This document shows positions 12,883 through 25,680 of a stretch of 64,000 nt of DNA, one piece after another; the first letter of the stretch is position 1; each line of letters opens with the position of its first letter. Both the position numbers and the translations under genes were made by a program. The stretch is taken from NCBI RefSeq assembly GCF_006345805.1, contig NC_043001.1:97898001-97962000 (forward strand), read 5' to 3'. Under the pieces are notes generated by a model. That model had not been told where the DNA came from, searched no databases, and saw nothing but the letters and a program-made list of their open reading frames with translations. This stretch comes from Octopus sinensis. Its lineage: Eukaryota.

Positions 12883-13241
12883 TCTATATATATACAGCTG
12901 GAGTTGTCTGTGTGTGGCAGGTTTGGTAGCCTTCGACTAATACTATCTCCTCTGAGACCCTGCAGCGCAAGTTGACCAAAATTGCGTAGAAGATAAAATT
13001 CAAATCGGACCATGTTAACACCAAAAAGTATTTACATAAAAAAGGTGCATTTTTAACTATGAAGATCCCTGATTTTTACGATTTTTTGACTGCTGTGTCA
13101 CCATTTTTTTGGTGTATTTCAACCAGGAAAATGTTCACTTAAAGAGAATAACAAGCTACAAAACGCAAAATGTTTACTTTTCAAAAATTCCAATTCTAAA
13201 GGGTCGAAACAAAACCGAGCAACGCCGGGCGATACTGCTAG
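12883..13241 (+). mobile_element. Non-autonomous Helitron-like element
   Basis: 5'-TC start (tctatatatatacagctggagttgtctgtgtgtg), 3'-CTAG end preceded by GC-rich cgccgggcg, inserted between A and T. Confidence 0.7.
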
Positions 13242-13755
13242 TAGATTATATAGTTGATATTATTTGGGTAATAACTTCATAGTGTATTTTTCCAAACCTT
13301 CTTTTCGTGTGTCGGATACCAGATGCTACTATACAGTAGGCTTTCTCATTTTACTGGAAATATATATGGAAATTTGTAAGTATCCGTAAAGTATATAGAA
13401 AAGAATTCTAACAAAAGGTGGACAGAACAGGCTTTATTCCGAATCACTACAATTCTTTTAGCTCCCTATTATCAGCTGGTAAATACTGAATGTTGCATAT
13501 ATTATACACATTATTGAAATTTGAGTATGCATATTCATACAATGCATACTTAAATCCGTGTAACGCTTCATGGGAATAAAACAGAGAAATAATGTTATGC
13601 AATGCTAACATCATTAACAAGCACTCTAAATGGCTTGTTTTTGAAATTTGGGAGAAACCTGTGAAGCATTGATGACAACCATTTGATGATAACCATTTAT
13701 TTAATTATAAATGTATTTATTGAGGGATGTCTTTTTCATTATTGGTATGATTATG

Positions 13756-13945
13756 AAGGCCGCAAGCTTGTAGAACCGCCAGCACATCGGGGAAAATACT
13801 TATCGGCATTTCGTCCGCCTTTGCGTCGAGGTTGACTGATTTTCATCCTTTCCAGGTTGATGAAATAAGTACCAGTTGAGCACTGGGGTCGATGAAATCG
13901 ACTAGACCCTTTCCCCAAGATGTCTGCACTCGTGCCTATATGAAA
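13756..13945 (+). mobile_element. SINE family A, diverged copy
   Basis: Matches the ggcggcgagctggcagaa..ttcatcctttcggggtcgat..agtaccagt..ctggggtcgat family. Confidence 0.75.
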
Positions 13946-13968
13946 AAATATTATTACTATGACTATGT

Positions 13969-14290
13969 GAAGACGCATGGTCTAGTGGTTCGGTTATTCG
14001 GCGTACGATCATAAGGACGTTAGTTCGATTCCAGGCGGGGCATTGTGTCCATGAGCAATTCCTTTTATTTCACATTGTTCTAATTCACTCACCTGGCAAA
14101 ATTAAGTTGTACCTGTATTTCAAAGTGCCAGCCTTGTCGCCTTATGTGTCACGCTGAATTTTCCCAAGAACTGATTTAAGGGTATGGGTCTCTGTGGAGT
14201 GTTCGGCCACTTGCACTTTAAGTTCACAAGCATGAGGTTCCGTTGATCGGGTCAACTGGAAACCACGTCGTCCTAGCCGACGGAGTGCCA
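13969..14290 (+). mobile_element. SINE family C (tRNA head, CORE-like segment, long body)
   Basis: tggtctagtggtt (A box), gttcgattcc (B box); body shared with 33106-33380. Confidence 0.8.
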
Positions 14291-15097
14291 CATTATCATA
14301 ATTATATTGGTGTGTCAAAATTATGTAATTTCATAAAGTTATTTCGTTAATTATGTAATTCCATGAATTTAATTCGTTACCAGTGTAACAACTATAAGAT
14401 AAATACATTAACCTTGCGTACTCATAGAAAACTTGTTACAAGATCCAGTTATGGAATGAATATTTCGTGTAATTTGTATGGTAGCATTATTATACGTGAA
14501 AGGACATATCATGATATATAACAATAAGTTATATATAAGACAGAAGGAGCGAACATAATAAGGATACCTCATAGCATTATATTTATTGTTTGAGTATAAA
14601 CTCAACATTCTGAACAAATAGATACAATTAAGGAAAAAAGCGTTTGTTAGCATTAACAGATACGCAAACACATTAGACAGATATTTAAGCGTTCGTGTTT
14701 AGATAGATATACGTTTGCATACGTAAATGAACATATGTACGTGTGTGTGTGAGTGTTTGTGTTTGTTTGTATAAGTGTGCATGCAAATAAATTTTGATAG
14801 TTTCGTAGCTTCTCGTAATGATTTATTTAGCAGCTGGGATAAATGCTGCGATAGTAAAATTAAGCCAGCAAGCTGACATGATTTGGTCTTTTGCAGGGTT
14901 ATGGAAGTCAGCATGTGGCATGGATTTCATTTGAAGTGGAACGCTTGCAGTCACAAGGGACATGTAATTGCTACAGTTTATCATTTTATGACATTATTTA
15001 TTTGAATGGACTAAGCGGAGAAAGAACACACACCAGGTGGGAGTTGTCACTGAAGAGGTCACAGATGTATGATGAAAGATTTCCGTACAATGGAGTT

Positions 15098-15400
15098 GTT
15101 AAAATAAGAACAGTAATAAACGAGTTAAAATAATGTAAATGAGTTAAAATAAGAACAGTAATAAACGAGTTAAAAGAAGGTAAGTGAGTTAAAATAAAAA
15201 CAGTGATAAACGAGTTAAGATAAGAACAGTAATAAACGAGTTAGAAGAAGGTAAATGAGTTAAAATAAAAACAGTGATAAACGAGTTAAAATAAGAACAG
15301 TAATAAACGAGTTAAAAGAAGGTAAATGAGTTAAAATGAAAACAGTGATAAACGAGTTAAAATAATGTAAATGAGTTAAAATAAGAACAGTGATAAATGA
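15098..15400. repeat. Minisatellite of 26-bp and 19-bp units with a 71-bp higher-order period
   Basis: gagttaaaataagaacagtaataaac x8 and gagttaaaagaaggtaaat x5, 303 bp in total. Confidence 0.9.
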
Positions 15401-15414
15401 TGAGTGAAGAACGA

Positions 15415-15530
15415 ATATATAGTGCGTGTGTTTATTAGGCAAATAAAAGAAAAGTTAAATTGATCGTCCCGAAATATCTGTTTCAACATACGGTTTCACA
15501 TCAGCAATCTTGCAAGAAAAATTCATAAAC
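15415..15530 (+). repeat. Unclassified ~110-bp dispersed repeat (also at 48318-48420 and 60840-60965)
   Basis: Shared tagtgcgtgtgttt..atatctgtttcaacacacg.tttcacatc..aatcttgcaa..ataaacgt. Confidence 0.65.
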
Positions 15531-15875
15531 GTTATGTTCATTTATATTCCAAAAAGCAAGACGTTACGGATGAATTCAGGGTTACTTCATTTTCGATTAT
15601 TTTTTAAAATTTCTACTAATGTATTTTTGGTATTTTTAATAATTTGTATCTCTTTGTACTTCTGTGTGTTTCTTTGTCAATTGAATGTTGAAATAACATT
15701 AAGCTGTAGGTATAGAATACACACAATCTAAGTATGATCCAGCTGTGCTATGGTCAATATTCAGCTGAAAGAACACATATATACAGCTATTCTTGAGTCA
15801 TGTCAATGCAATAATGTGTATATGTTACGTTAAGCAATTGCCAGTTGCTAAGGATGTGCAGAAACAATCGTAGTG

Positions 15876-15988
<113 letters not shown>

Positions 15989-16004
15989 TATATATATATA
16001 AATT

Positions 16005-16178
16005 AATTGTTATCGCCATATTAATATGGCAGTCTTATAGATACAAGACTAAAGCTGTCGCTGATTAGCTCCATGAGGCCATCGCCTTAAGCTAGCTATT
16101 TGACACACATGGAGCTAATCAGCGACAGCTTTAGTCTTATATCTATAAGACTGCCATATTAATATGGCGATAACAATT
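16005..16178 (+). mobile_element. Fold-back element with 71-bp arms (one mismatch) and a 32-nt apex of hammerhead-like layout
   Basis: Arms 16005-16075 and 16108-16178; apex CTCCATGA-GGC-CATC-GCC-TTAA-GCTAGC-TA; abuts (TA)n. Confidence 0.8.
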
Positions 16179-16247
16179 ACTTTCCAGTACCGCTGCCGTA
16201 ATCTCTTTTAGAGAGACTTAGTAATTTTTATATTTCTATGATATATA

Positions 16248-16279
<32 letters not shown>

Positions 16280-16344
16280 TAAAATTAGAATGTGGGTGAA
16301 AAATTGGATAACATCAATTGATAAAATTAATTTTAACACCAGTG

Positions 16345-16480
16345 TTCTATCATATAAAAAACTGAGGTTCAGTAAATAGTATTACATACATATGAGAGGG
16401 AATTTTACCAGTATGTGGAAACCCTTATCTTCTTCTAGCATAAGGGTTTCTACATAGTGGTAAAATTCCCTCTTATGTGT
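16345..16480 (-). repeat. Hairpin-containing dispersed repeat, copy 1 (reverse complement of 30600-30745)
   Basis: ~38-bp stem gagggaattttacca.tatgtggaaacccttat / ataagggtttctacatagtggtaaaattccctc plus a shared flank. Confidence 0.8.
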
Positions 16481-19432
16481 ATGTGATATATATATACTTA
16501 CATACATACATTCATACATACAAACAGACAGACATACAGACATACATATATACATACATAAGTATGCCGACGCACACACAAACACATATACACATAGATA
16601 TATATGAATATTTAGGAGAAACTATACTTTGAGTGAAAGTTCACTTCAAAATTACAATGTTCCCGACGATATTTGATGCTACAATATTATTGCTAAACCG
16701 TGTCTTTGACAATGGCTTCTAGGTCTCTGATACCATCTAAATGAAATGTGGTAGTCGAACATTTATTGAAACTGTCATATTCACATACAGCTGCATACAC
16801 ACATGCGTACACACACGTACAAACACATACATATGCACACACAGACGAATGCAGGCGCGCGCGCACACACACACACATACATACACATCGTGGATCGAGA
16901 CATTTACATTTCGCGATCATTCTTCATTTGTGAGACTGAATAAATTATGCCATTCATAAAGATAAAGTCAACAAACTTCGACTTTACTGTCAACGAGTTC
17001 TTCGTAAAAATATGATTGATACATTATCTATATTTAGAGGACTATTCATTTAATCTTTAACTGCTATGGCGGCCTCTACGAAACATAGACACACGCACAT
17101 ACATGTGAGCATGTATATGCATATATGTATATATACATATATGTCTTCATATACGTATCTGAATATATTTGTTTTGTATATGGTTGAGTGTATATGTTTC
17201 TGTATGTGTTCATTTATTGTTAGAATGTATATTTAAAATCTTGTAATACATTCGTTCATTAGACATTTATTTAATGTCCCCACATTTAAATTGGTTCAGT
17301 CCGTAAATAAATGTGACATTTCTGATTTGAAAATTCTCTATTTACAAAATCTTTCTATAACTTCGTTATAGTTCATTTTCAGTGAAAAAAAAAAGAAAAA
17401 CATGATTGAATATATCCAGCGTCTAGCTTTAATTTGGATCAATTTGCCAAGTCAATAAAGAACATTGCATTTCCATTAGTATTTATATATCAGTAAAGAC
17501 CAGATATGAGAATTTCATGTAAATTCAAGTTGCCATCAACGAAGTTATCTCGATTCATTAGATTTTCGAGAGTAGCGGAACCATTAAATTCAGAGTAATT
17601 CTAAAATTATAATTTTCGCTTGCAAGAGATCTCTTGACGTCCGGAGTATGTAACACAAACAAAAAATTTCTCCACAAAATAAGATACAATATAAATACAA
17701 AAAGTGTGCTGCAAACTAAGAAAAAAGTAAATAGATGACATACGATATATACCTCTTCATCATACCTGCCAATATTACTTTACGCCCGGCATAAAATAAT
17801 TCTATGTTTTATATGCATAATGTTATGTATTTATTATGCTACCCAAAATTGGTGCATAAATTGCAGATAACAATATATATCACGGAACGTAAAATATGGG
17901 AATGACAAAACTATAAAAATAATTTGTTTTATTGGCCACAGGGGTATAGATAAAAATAATAATGGCAGTAAAATGATCGGATATGATTTTAATCCTCCTG
18001 AGTTTTTGTCATAGTCGACATATTTTTTTTCCTTTCTGTTCTCTTGCGAAATTGAAATTGTGGCTTCCATGTTTACCTTTTCCTTTCAGAAATTCTTATT
18101 TAAGTATTATTTGATTTCACATGACGCCGCTTGATATACTAAGAGAAGGAGAGATAAAGAATCAAAACATCGAAATATCTGAAACAATTTTCTGCAACAA
18201 AGCAATTTTATTTAGGAAGGCTTGCAATTTCATCGCACTTTTCAAAGCAGGCTCTGGTAGCACTGATTATATTATGATTACCAGCAGTATTTTGAAGGAA
18301 ACGTCATTGACAATAATAGGAGAAAGTTACTATGTCCAGTGAATGTCAATACTAACACCTCCTTCGCATTGAACCGACCATTGTAAATTCCAGTGCCCAG
18401 AGGCATGTTAGAAATAAGAGGAGTAGCATTGAAAACATCAAGAAAATTTAGCAACAAAAACAACACTGCCTCATTTACTGCAATTAGAAACAGTACAAAT
18501 AACGATGCTAACAACAATTATAAATGTCAAATCCTCATTTTAAAATGATTAGTACAGGGTCCTGAAAATTCCTCGTTAGTATTCTATAATCTGACACTAT
18601 TTGTAACAGATGAAAATCTGTATTGCTTTTTGCAATTCAATTCTAAAAAACGATCAATTGAACGGCAGGTGAAGATAAACCACGTACAATTGTAAATGCA
18701 AGCGCTAATCCCTACATCGGCGTAGGCAGGTAAAGGCCCTTAATGGGTAAAAGTTGTATTGTGTCATCCCCACCTAAACATAGAGAATCTACAGTGCAAT
18801 GGAGCGCCTACATCGTAGTCGAGAAAAGGCGATGAGCAATATCTCCACAATCGTATTCACAATGTTTTCTGTAGGTCAATTAAAGTTCCGTTTAGTTTTT
18901 AAGTAATATCGAGTATTGAAAATCTTGGGTCTTGGTGCTGGATGTGCCGCAGGAAATGATAAGGTTGGTGGCAAACAGTATGATGGAATGGTCAATAAAT
19001 GACATAAGTTGAAGGTGATGTGGTCAAGGTTAACTCATAAGTATTTGAACACCTTGGTCAGATCTCCTGGCCATTCTTGAATCAGAAAAGGCACAAATGC
19101 AACAAGCTGGAAGAAGGAAGTAGTTGATGCTTTTCTGTATTTCAAATCAAAGAACTCATAACACACCTAGTGCAACAGCAGTACACACATATGCTGAATG
19201 GCATTATTACTACTTGAATCGATAACAATGTCTCTTGGTAAACAAGGCATCATATAGTCGGTCGGGTTATTTTCTGAGAGCATCATCTTTTTATCACCTT
19301 TTGGTCGGATTCTATCGATCAGCATAGCAGTAGTTTTATTTCTGTCGGTTTCAAATTTGCATGTAATACCTCTTCATTGCTATGGATTCACGCGTCTCGT
19401 TTTGGTACTAACAGATTACACTGAATACTTAC

Positions 19433-19498
19433 ACACACAAGAGTAGTGGACTTCTTGGAAAAGAAGCGTACAATGAGGATATAACATTCTGTACCGTC
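19433..19498 (-). other. Possible 66-nt exon of an unidentified gene
   Basis: ttcattcattctttcag acceptor and GT|gtaagt donor; open in all three frames; no recognisable homology. Confidence 0.15.
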
Positions 19499-19813
19499 CT
19501 GAAAGAATGAATGAAAATTGCCATCTAGTTTCAGTATCTGTCACTGGAGTCCAACAATATATGCAGCGAGCTGGGAGAATCGTTAGGACGCCGGGCTTAG
19601 TGTTTAGCAACAGTTGTTCGAGTGTTACCTTCTGAGTTCACATTCAGCCAAGCCTTACTTAAAATTTCATTCTTTTGGGGGCATTTTAAAATAACTACCA
19701 AGGGAGCCCTGAAATCAGTTTAAACGAGTAATCCTTTCCTCACAAATTTCAGACCTTGTGCATATAGCAGAAAAGAATATCGGAGTCCAACGATATCTAC
19801 TTTGTGGTGGATT

Positions 19814-20340
19814 TATCGTAAATCCTCGAGTATAATATGCATATTTTTCCCAAAATTTAAAGATCAAAATCCCTACTGCGTACTATATACGAGGTTAAAA
19901 AGGAAAAATATTTCCTAACCAATGTCCGAATCTCTATTTGCTGTCTGGCAATGTTTATTCAGACGCATTTTGTGATGTAGGGAACGAAAATACATTAAGC
20001 TAAGCCTGAAAGCAATGAAGTCATAAAAGAATCATCCATAACTTGCAGTAAGCAATATTTATTAAAATAAAAGTATTCAGAACACAGAATAAAATGTAAC
20101 AAAAACAATTTGCAAACATATTTACATTCCCACATAACAGTTAAGAACATCACCATTATTGTATTACGCATGCACGGAAGTGTTTGTTCGACTAGGTGCT
20201 GCCGGCTTAATTACGCAAGACTCAAGTTAGAAAAGGAGTGCGTATTATACACAGGGTTTAGGTTTTTCAGAAGTACACCTCCCCAACCTAAAAATCCCCT
20301 GCATATTATACTCAAGGGCGGACTATACTCGAGTATGGTT
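19814..20340. mobile_element. Tc1/mariner-superfamily (Tc2/pogo-like) non-autonomous element
   Basis: Imperfect TIRs cgtaaatcctcgagtataa / ctatactcgagtatgg; repeated subterminal tgcgtattatac motifs at about 19877, 20239 and 20300. Confidence 0.5.
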
Positions 20341-20875
20341 AAAAGAAGTACCCTACATCTTTTGCGTTGTGAATGTAATTTATGTAAGACACTGGATAAT
20401 GTAATCTAAATGCAATATTATCTTCCTTGTATTCATTGCTGTTTAGTTTTGCCAGTCTGCACCCCCCCCTCAATTACGAATATAACTTGTTACTTGTGCT
20501 TCTAAATAATTAATTCCTATTATCTCATTTTCTGCATGTATCTTTGTTTTAAGTATTAATATATGCATTTGTAATACTAAATCATCACATCATCATCATT
20601 ATTATTGTCGTTATTGCTATTGCTTCTCATTGCCTGAGCTTTATAATTAGAAGCAATTAGAGAGCAAAGACTAAATTGTTCAAGATTAACAAGGATGTTC
20701 ATAGTTCAGAAAGATTTTGTAAATATGCAACGAAAGTGTTTTAATTAAGGAAACAATACTCAATGGAAACCACGCATAAATATTCAGTATTATTAATAAT
20801 ATTCAGTATTAACAACATTCAAGTTTAAAGTCGATATTCATAGCGAACAAAATATTCAATATTCTTACCATTGGC

Positions 20876-21084
20876 AAGGCGGCGAACTGGCAGAAACATT
20901 AGCACGCCGGGCGAAATTCTTAACGGTATTTCGTCTGCCGCTACGTTCTGAATTCAAATACAACCGAGGTCGACTTTGCCCTTCATCCTTTCGGGGTCGA
21001 TTAAATAAGTACCAGTTAAGCACTGGGGTCGATGTAATCGACTTAATGCGCTTGTCTGTCCTTGTTTGTCCTCTCTGTGTTTAA
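20876..21084 (+). mobile_element. SINE family A, first unit, interrupted at its 3' end by a CR1 insertion
   Basis: caaggcggcgaactggcagaaacattagcacgccgggcg..gtcctctctgtgttta; resumes at 22626 with agccccctgtggg. Confidence 0.9.
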
Positions 21085-22625
21085 GTTAAGTTAAGTTGAG
21101 TTAAGTTAAGTTAAGTTAAGTTGAATTAAGTTAAGTTGAGTTAAGTTAAGTTGAGTTAAGTTAAGTTGATTTGAGTTAAGTTAAGTTGAGTTAAGTTAAG
21201 TTAAGTTAAGTTAAGTTAATTTTTTGGCTCGAAAAGAAAAAAGCAAGGCCATGTAGGGGGACAAGGAGTTATGTACAGGGTAGTGTTCATACAAAGAGTT
21301 CAGGCCATTTGTGGTCAAGGGAGACTTCGAACCGAGCGGTCGTCGGCATCTTCACCATCTCGTCCGGCAGCTTATTCCACGGATCCGCAACCCGGACGGA
21401 GAAAGCCCCTCTCCTTCGATTGAGATGAAATCGTCGCTGATAGAGCTTTTCGGAGTGACCCCGCAACCGACGTTCTGGAACAGGAGTGAAGAACAGCTCT
21501 TTCGAGAGGTTACACTTTCCACTTATGATGTTGTAAGCAAGAATGAGATCACCACGGCGCCGTCGTTTTTCTAGAGAATAACGGTCGAGCGTCTTCAGCC
21601 TTTCTTCATAAGACAATTACTTCAGACCAAGTACCATGCGGGTAGCCAGCTTCTGGACTCTTTCTAGATGATGTATGTCTTTGAGGAGATAAGGAGAAGG
21701 GGCTTGAATACAGTACTCCAATATGGGTCTCACCAGCATGACATAGAGCGGTAGGAATATGGCTGCTGTGAGCATTCCGAATGACCGTCGAATCAAACAC
21801 AGAACTCCGCGAGCTTTGTTGGCAGCATGGACGCACTGGACCGAAGGCGAAAAGGAAGAATCCACCAAGATACCCAGGTCCTTTACCTGATCGGTCCTCT
21901 CCAGCAGCACACGACCCAGCTCGAAATCAAGTTGAGTTGCAGGAGAAGAGCCAACAGGCAGATGACAGCACTTTGACACGTTCAGACACAGATCCCATTC
22001 GTTAGACCATCTCCCAACTTGGTGGAGGCATCGATGAAGATCTTCTCTATCACCGCGAGGAGCGACCAGTTTGACATCATCGGCAAATAGAAGGGTGTGT
22101 TGCGTGAGGTCGTCGGGCAAGTCATTTATGAAGACTAAGAACAATAAGAGCTCAAGCACTGAACGTTGAGGCACGCCACTGCTCGCACTGGAGACGTCGG
22201 ACAGCGAACCATTAACTTGGACTTGGAAGGAGCGATCGGAGAGGAAGGCACCAACCCATCGCACAATATCCGGATGGAAACTATATGCTTGAAGCTTGAC
22301 AAGTAATAGGCGGTGGTTTACCGAGTCAAAAGCTTTGGCAAAGTCCAATAAAACGATGTCAACAGCATCACCATCATCGAGGGTACGCGTCACCAATTCT
22401 TCCATTACCAGTAAGTTGGTCAAGCATGATCTCTTCGGCCCGAAGCCGTGTTGTGAATCAGAGATAGAGGCTGTGTTTTGGAGGTGGAGCAACATACTTT
22501 TCTTAAGGATGGCTTCGAACATCTTGCTGATTATTCAAGTAAGGGAAACCGGTCGGTAGTTAAGCGGGTCTTCGCGGCTCCCTTTCTTGAAAATTGGGCA
22601 GATTATCGCTGTTCTCCAGTCCGCA
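21083..22625 (-). mobile_element. 5'-truncated GC-rich CR1-group LINE (RT to 3' end) with a (CTTAA)n tail
   Basis: NYRPVSLT*, QHGF, LLDFAKAFDSVNH, GVPQ, FADDVK, LVRPILEY, LSYEERL, SLEKRRRRGDLI; one stop and one frameshift; tail at 21083-21220. Confidence 0.95.
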
Positions 22626-23035
22626 AGCCCCCTGTGGGCTTAAACAAATAGGTATTTCGTCTGCCGCTACGTTCTGAGTTCAAATTCCGCCGAGGTCGAC
22701 TTTGAATTTCATCCTTTCGGGGGTCGATAAATTAAGTACCAGCTATCCACTGGGGTCTATGTAATCGACTTAATCCCTTTGTCTGTCCTTGTTTGTCCTC
22801 TCTATATTTAGCCCCTTGTGGGCAATAAAGAAATAAGAAACGTTATTACGCAGAGCGAAAGGCTTAACGGTATTTCTTCTGTCTTTACGTTCTGATTTCA
22901 AATTCCGCCGAGGTCGGCTTTGCCCTTTATCCTTTCGGGGTCGATAAATTAATCACCTGTTGCGTATTGGAGCCGATCTAATCGACTGCCCCCTCCCACA
23001 AAATTGCGGGCCTTGTGCCTAGAGGAGAAAAGAAT
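22626..23035 (+). mobile_element. SINE family A, tandem units 2-3
   Basis: Repeated gtatttcgtctg..caaattccgccgaggtcgacttt..cctttcggggtcgataaatt. Confidence 0.9.
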
Positions 23036-24244
23036 ATTGGGGAATGTACAAACGGCTTTCGTCTGAGACTTTAATTAATCAATGCTTCATTGAAAGAAGA
23101 CTAAGATGCGAAATGGAAAGCATTTTAGAGCACTACATCTTGCCAGCAAAATGACAGTAAATGCTTCTTGACAGAACTGATTGTGTTTCCTGTGTGGAAG
23201 ACTATATCAGTCTGTTCTTTTTTGTTTCCTAAGATGGTAGAATGTTGTTTGTGAGATGTTCAAATACTGTTCCTATTTTTTCCTTTAACTTCTTATAAAA
23301 TCTTTTTCTTTGTATTAATAAATACATCATGATATTGTTGTCATTCTATGCTATCGTATTTCATATTTTAATCTTCTCAGAATAACTTGTTGATTCCCTT
23401 GTTTTCCAGTTCTGAAAATGTGTTTGGAAGTAAAATTATATCACACGAGCACGCTTTAATGTTAAAGAAACTAATCACCTATTATTATAACATTAACTTC
23501 AATATTGGTGTTATTATTGTCAATCTATTCCTGCTCGAGTAGGATAATGGTTAACGACTGACAACCCATCCATGACCAGCCTGTAAGTTCTTATAGCAAA
23601 TGCAACACTAGCGTAAATTGGATGCATACATTTTCAAGACGGTGGCGTATTATCGGATTGAAGTTTAATTACTTAAACAGTGCGTGTAGACATACCGACT
23701 TCCAGCACTGAATAATTTCATTCTCTCGTATGAGTGTTCTTATAGCTTAGATTTTGTAAAATTTAATCTTTCTAAGTGTTTCGTTTCTGTAGGGTTATTT
23801 TCATCTTGTTAATATGTATTTAAAATCTTGGATTTTCTAACAATTATGAACTCAAAGTCAAACGCTTTTGAGAAGACTCGAAAGATAAGAACATGTGTCG
23901 AAAAGCATGTAATTCAAGCAGTTTAATATCATCTCTTCAAATAGAGAATTTATTCAAGGCTATTACACTTAAATAATTTCAGCTGAACAATTGATTATGA
24001 TAAATATCGTACACAGCCCATTACTAATCGCTCCTTAAACAAGCCTCCACCCTGCAGATATATTCGTAAACGTAGATAAGTTTATGTAGGTGGAGGAAAA
24101 ATCTGAATTTCTATAAAATCTATTTGAACGTCGTGGTATGTATATTATATCTAATTATGCATACCTTCTCGTAATAGACAATTTATATACTAAACATTTT
24201 AGATGCCTGTGAAAATTTGAAAAATTGAGAGAATATTCATAACA

Positions 24245-24555
24245 ACTGTTGTGGCTGTTTGGCAAGATATTTGCTTCTCAACTACATTGCATCGGATTCA
24301 GACCCAGGTTGTGGCACCTGGTATCAAGTGTCTTCTACGGAAACTGCAAGAAGCCCATTGTGCCATGCGGGACCGCTGAAAACTGCGAGTTTTCCTCATT
24401 CTCTCTGTTTATTTCCTGGTGTTCCTTCCTGTTGAAATTCGTCGGCTGGAAACGTAAAAGCCGTCTTCATTTTGCCGATCGTCAAACTAATACACTTCCT
24501 TGTTGTTCATACATCTGTCTTCGTCTTTTGTTATTCCATAAATTTCAACTATATT
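24245..24555 (+). mobile_element. Degenerate SINE-B head joined to a probable Penelope-like terminal relic
   Basis: gtggctgtttggcaag..caagtgtcttcta; then cctgttgaa..gaaacgta, ending in (TA)n. Confidence 0.4.
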
Positions 24556-24591
<36 letters not shown>

Positions 24592-24611
24592 AGAGAGAGA
24601 GAGGGAGAGAG

Positions 24612-24646
<35 letters not shown>

Positions 24647-25194
24647 GTCATTTAATTATATGTAGATATATATATATATACATACACACACATATATATA
24701 TAAGCAGAGGTTGAATATATATATTCATTTATTTATTTATGTGTGAGTGTGTATGTGTGGTTCTTGTCTGTGTTTGTCTTCAACCTTTGCTTATATATAT
24801 GTGTGTTGTCGGTGTGTCTCGCTCCCGTAACTTCCGATAGGATGAGTACCAATCTTTAGAAAACAAATCACTGGTTTTTTCGACTAAAACCTTTCAAGGC
24901 GGTGGCCCAGCAAGGCCACAGTCAAATGACTGATACAAATGAAAGAAAGTGGCTCTGGGGAGGTAGTGTTTTCGTATCAGCTTCTTATTTACTCTTCGAA
25001 AGAAATCTACAATAAGATCCGGTGGATATAAAGTCTTTATTAAAACATGAAAACTAACCGACGTTTCTTAAAATGTTATGAACAACCACGATGCTGTACT
25101 TGAAGGTAATTTAAAGTCTATTAATTAATTCACTTCATTAGCTTCTTTCTTTTGTTACAAATATATCTTCCTTTTATTTTTTATCCCTTCTGTT

Positions 25195-25522
25195 ACTTGT
25201 TTTAGTTATTTTGGCTGCGGTCATGCTGGGGCACAACTTTGAAGAGAACTGGTCGAACATAACCTTAGAATATATTTTTCTAAGGCCGGTACTTATTCTA
25301 TCGATGTCTATAGCCGAACCGCTAAGTTACAGGGGCATAAACCTATTAACACCAGTGAAGCGGTGGTGGTGGGGGGATGACACATGCACATAGATATACA
25401 AACTCACACACACTATGCACACACACATACATACACACGCACACACACAAACAAACAGACAGGCGCACATACACATACATACACACGCACATACAAACAC
25501 ACACAAACACACACACACACAC

Positions 25523-25568
<46 letters not shown>

Positions 25569-25680
25569 CGACGCGTTTCATTCAGTTTCCGTCTACCAAA
25601 TCCACTCAATGGGACTGAATCTGGAACCATGTGGTTAGCAAGCAAGCATCTTATCACAGAACTAAGCCCACCCCTATATT
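25195..25680 (-). mobile_element. SINE family B
   Basis: Reverse complement of the family B head, internal (CA)n/(TA)n and 3' segment. Confidence 0.8.

Noticed and set aside
15098-15400. CRISPR-like appearance of regularly spaced repeats (also 36240-36915)
   Set aside because: The intervening segments are themselves repeated rather than unique spacers, there are no cas genes, and the context is eukaryotic.
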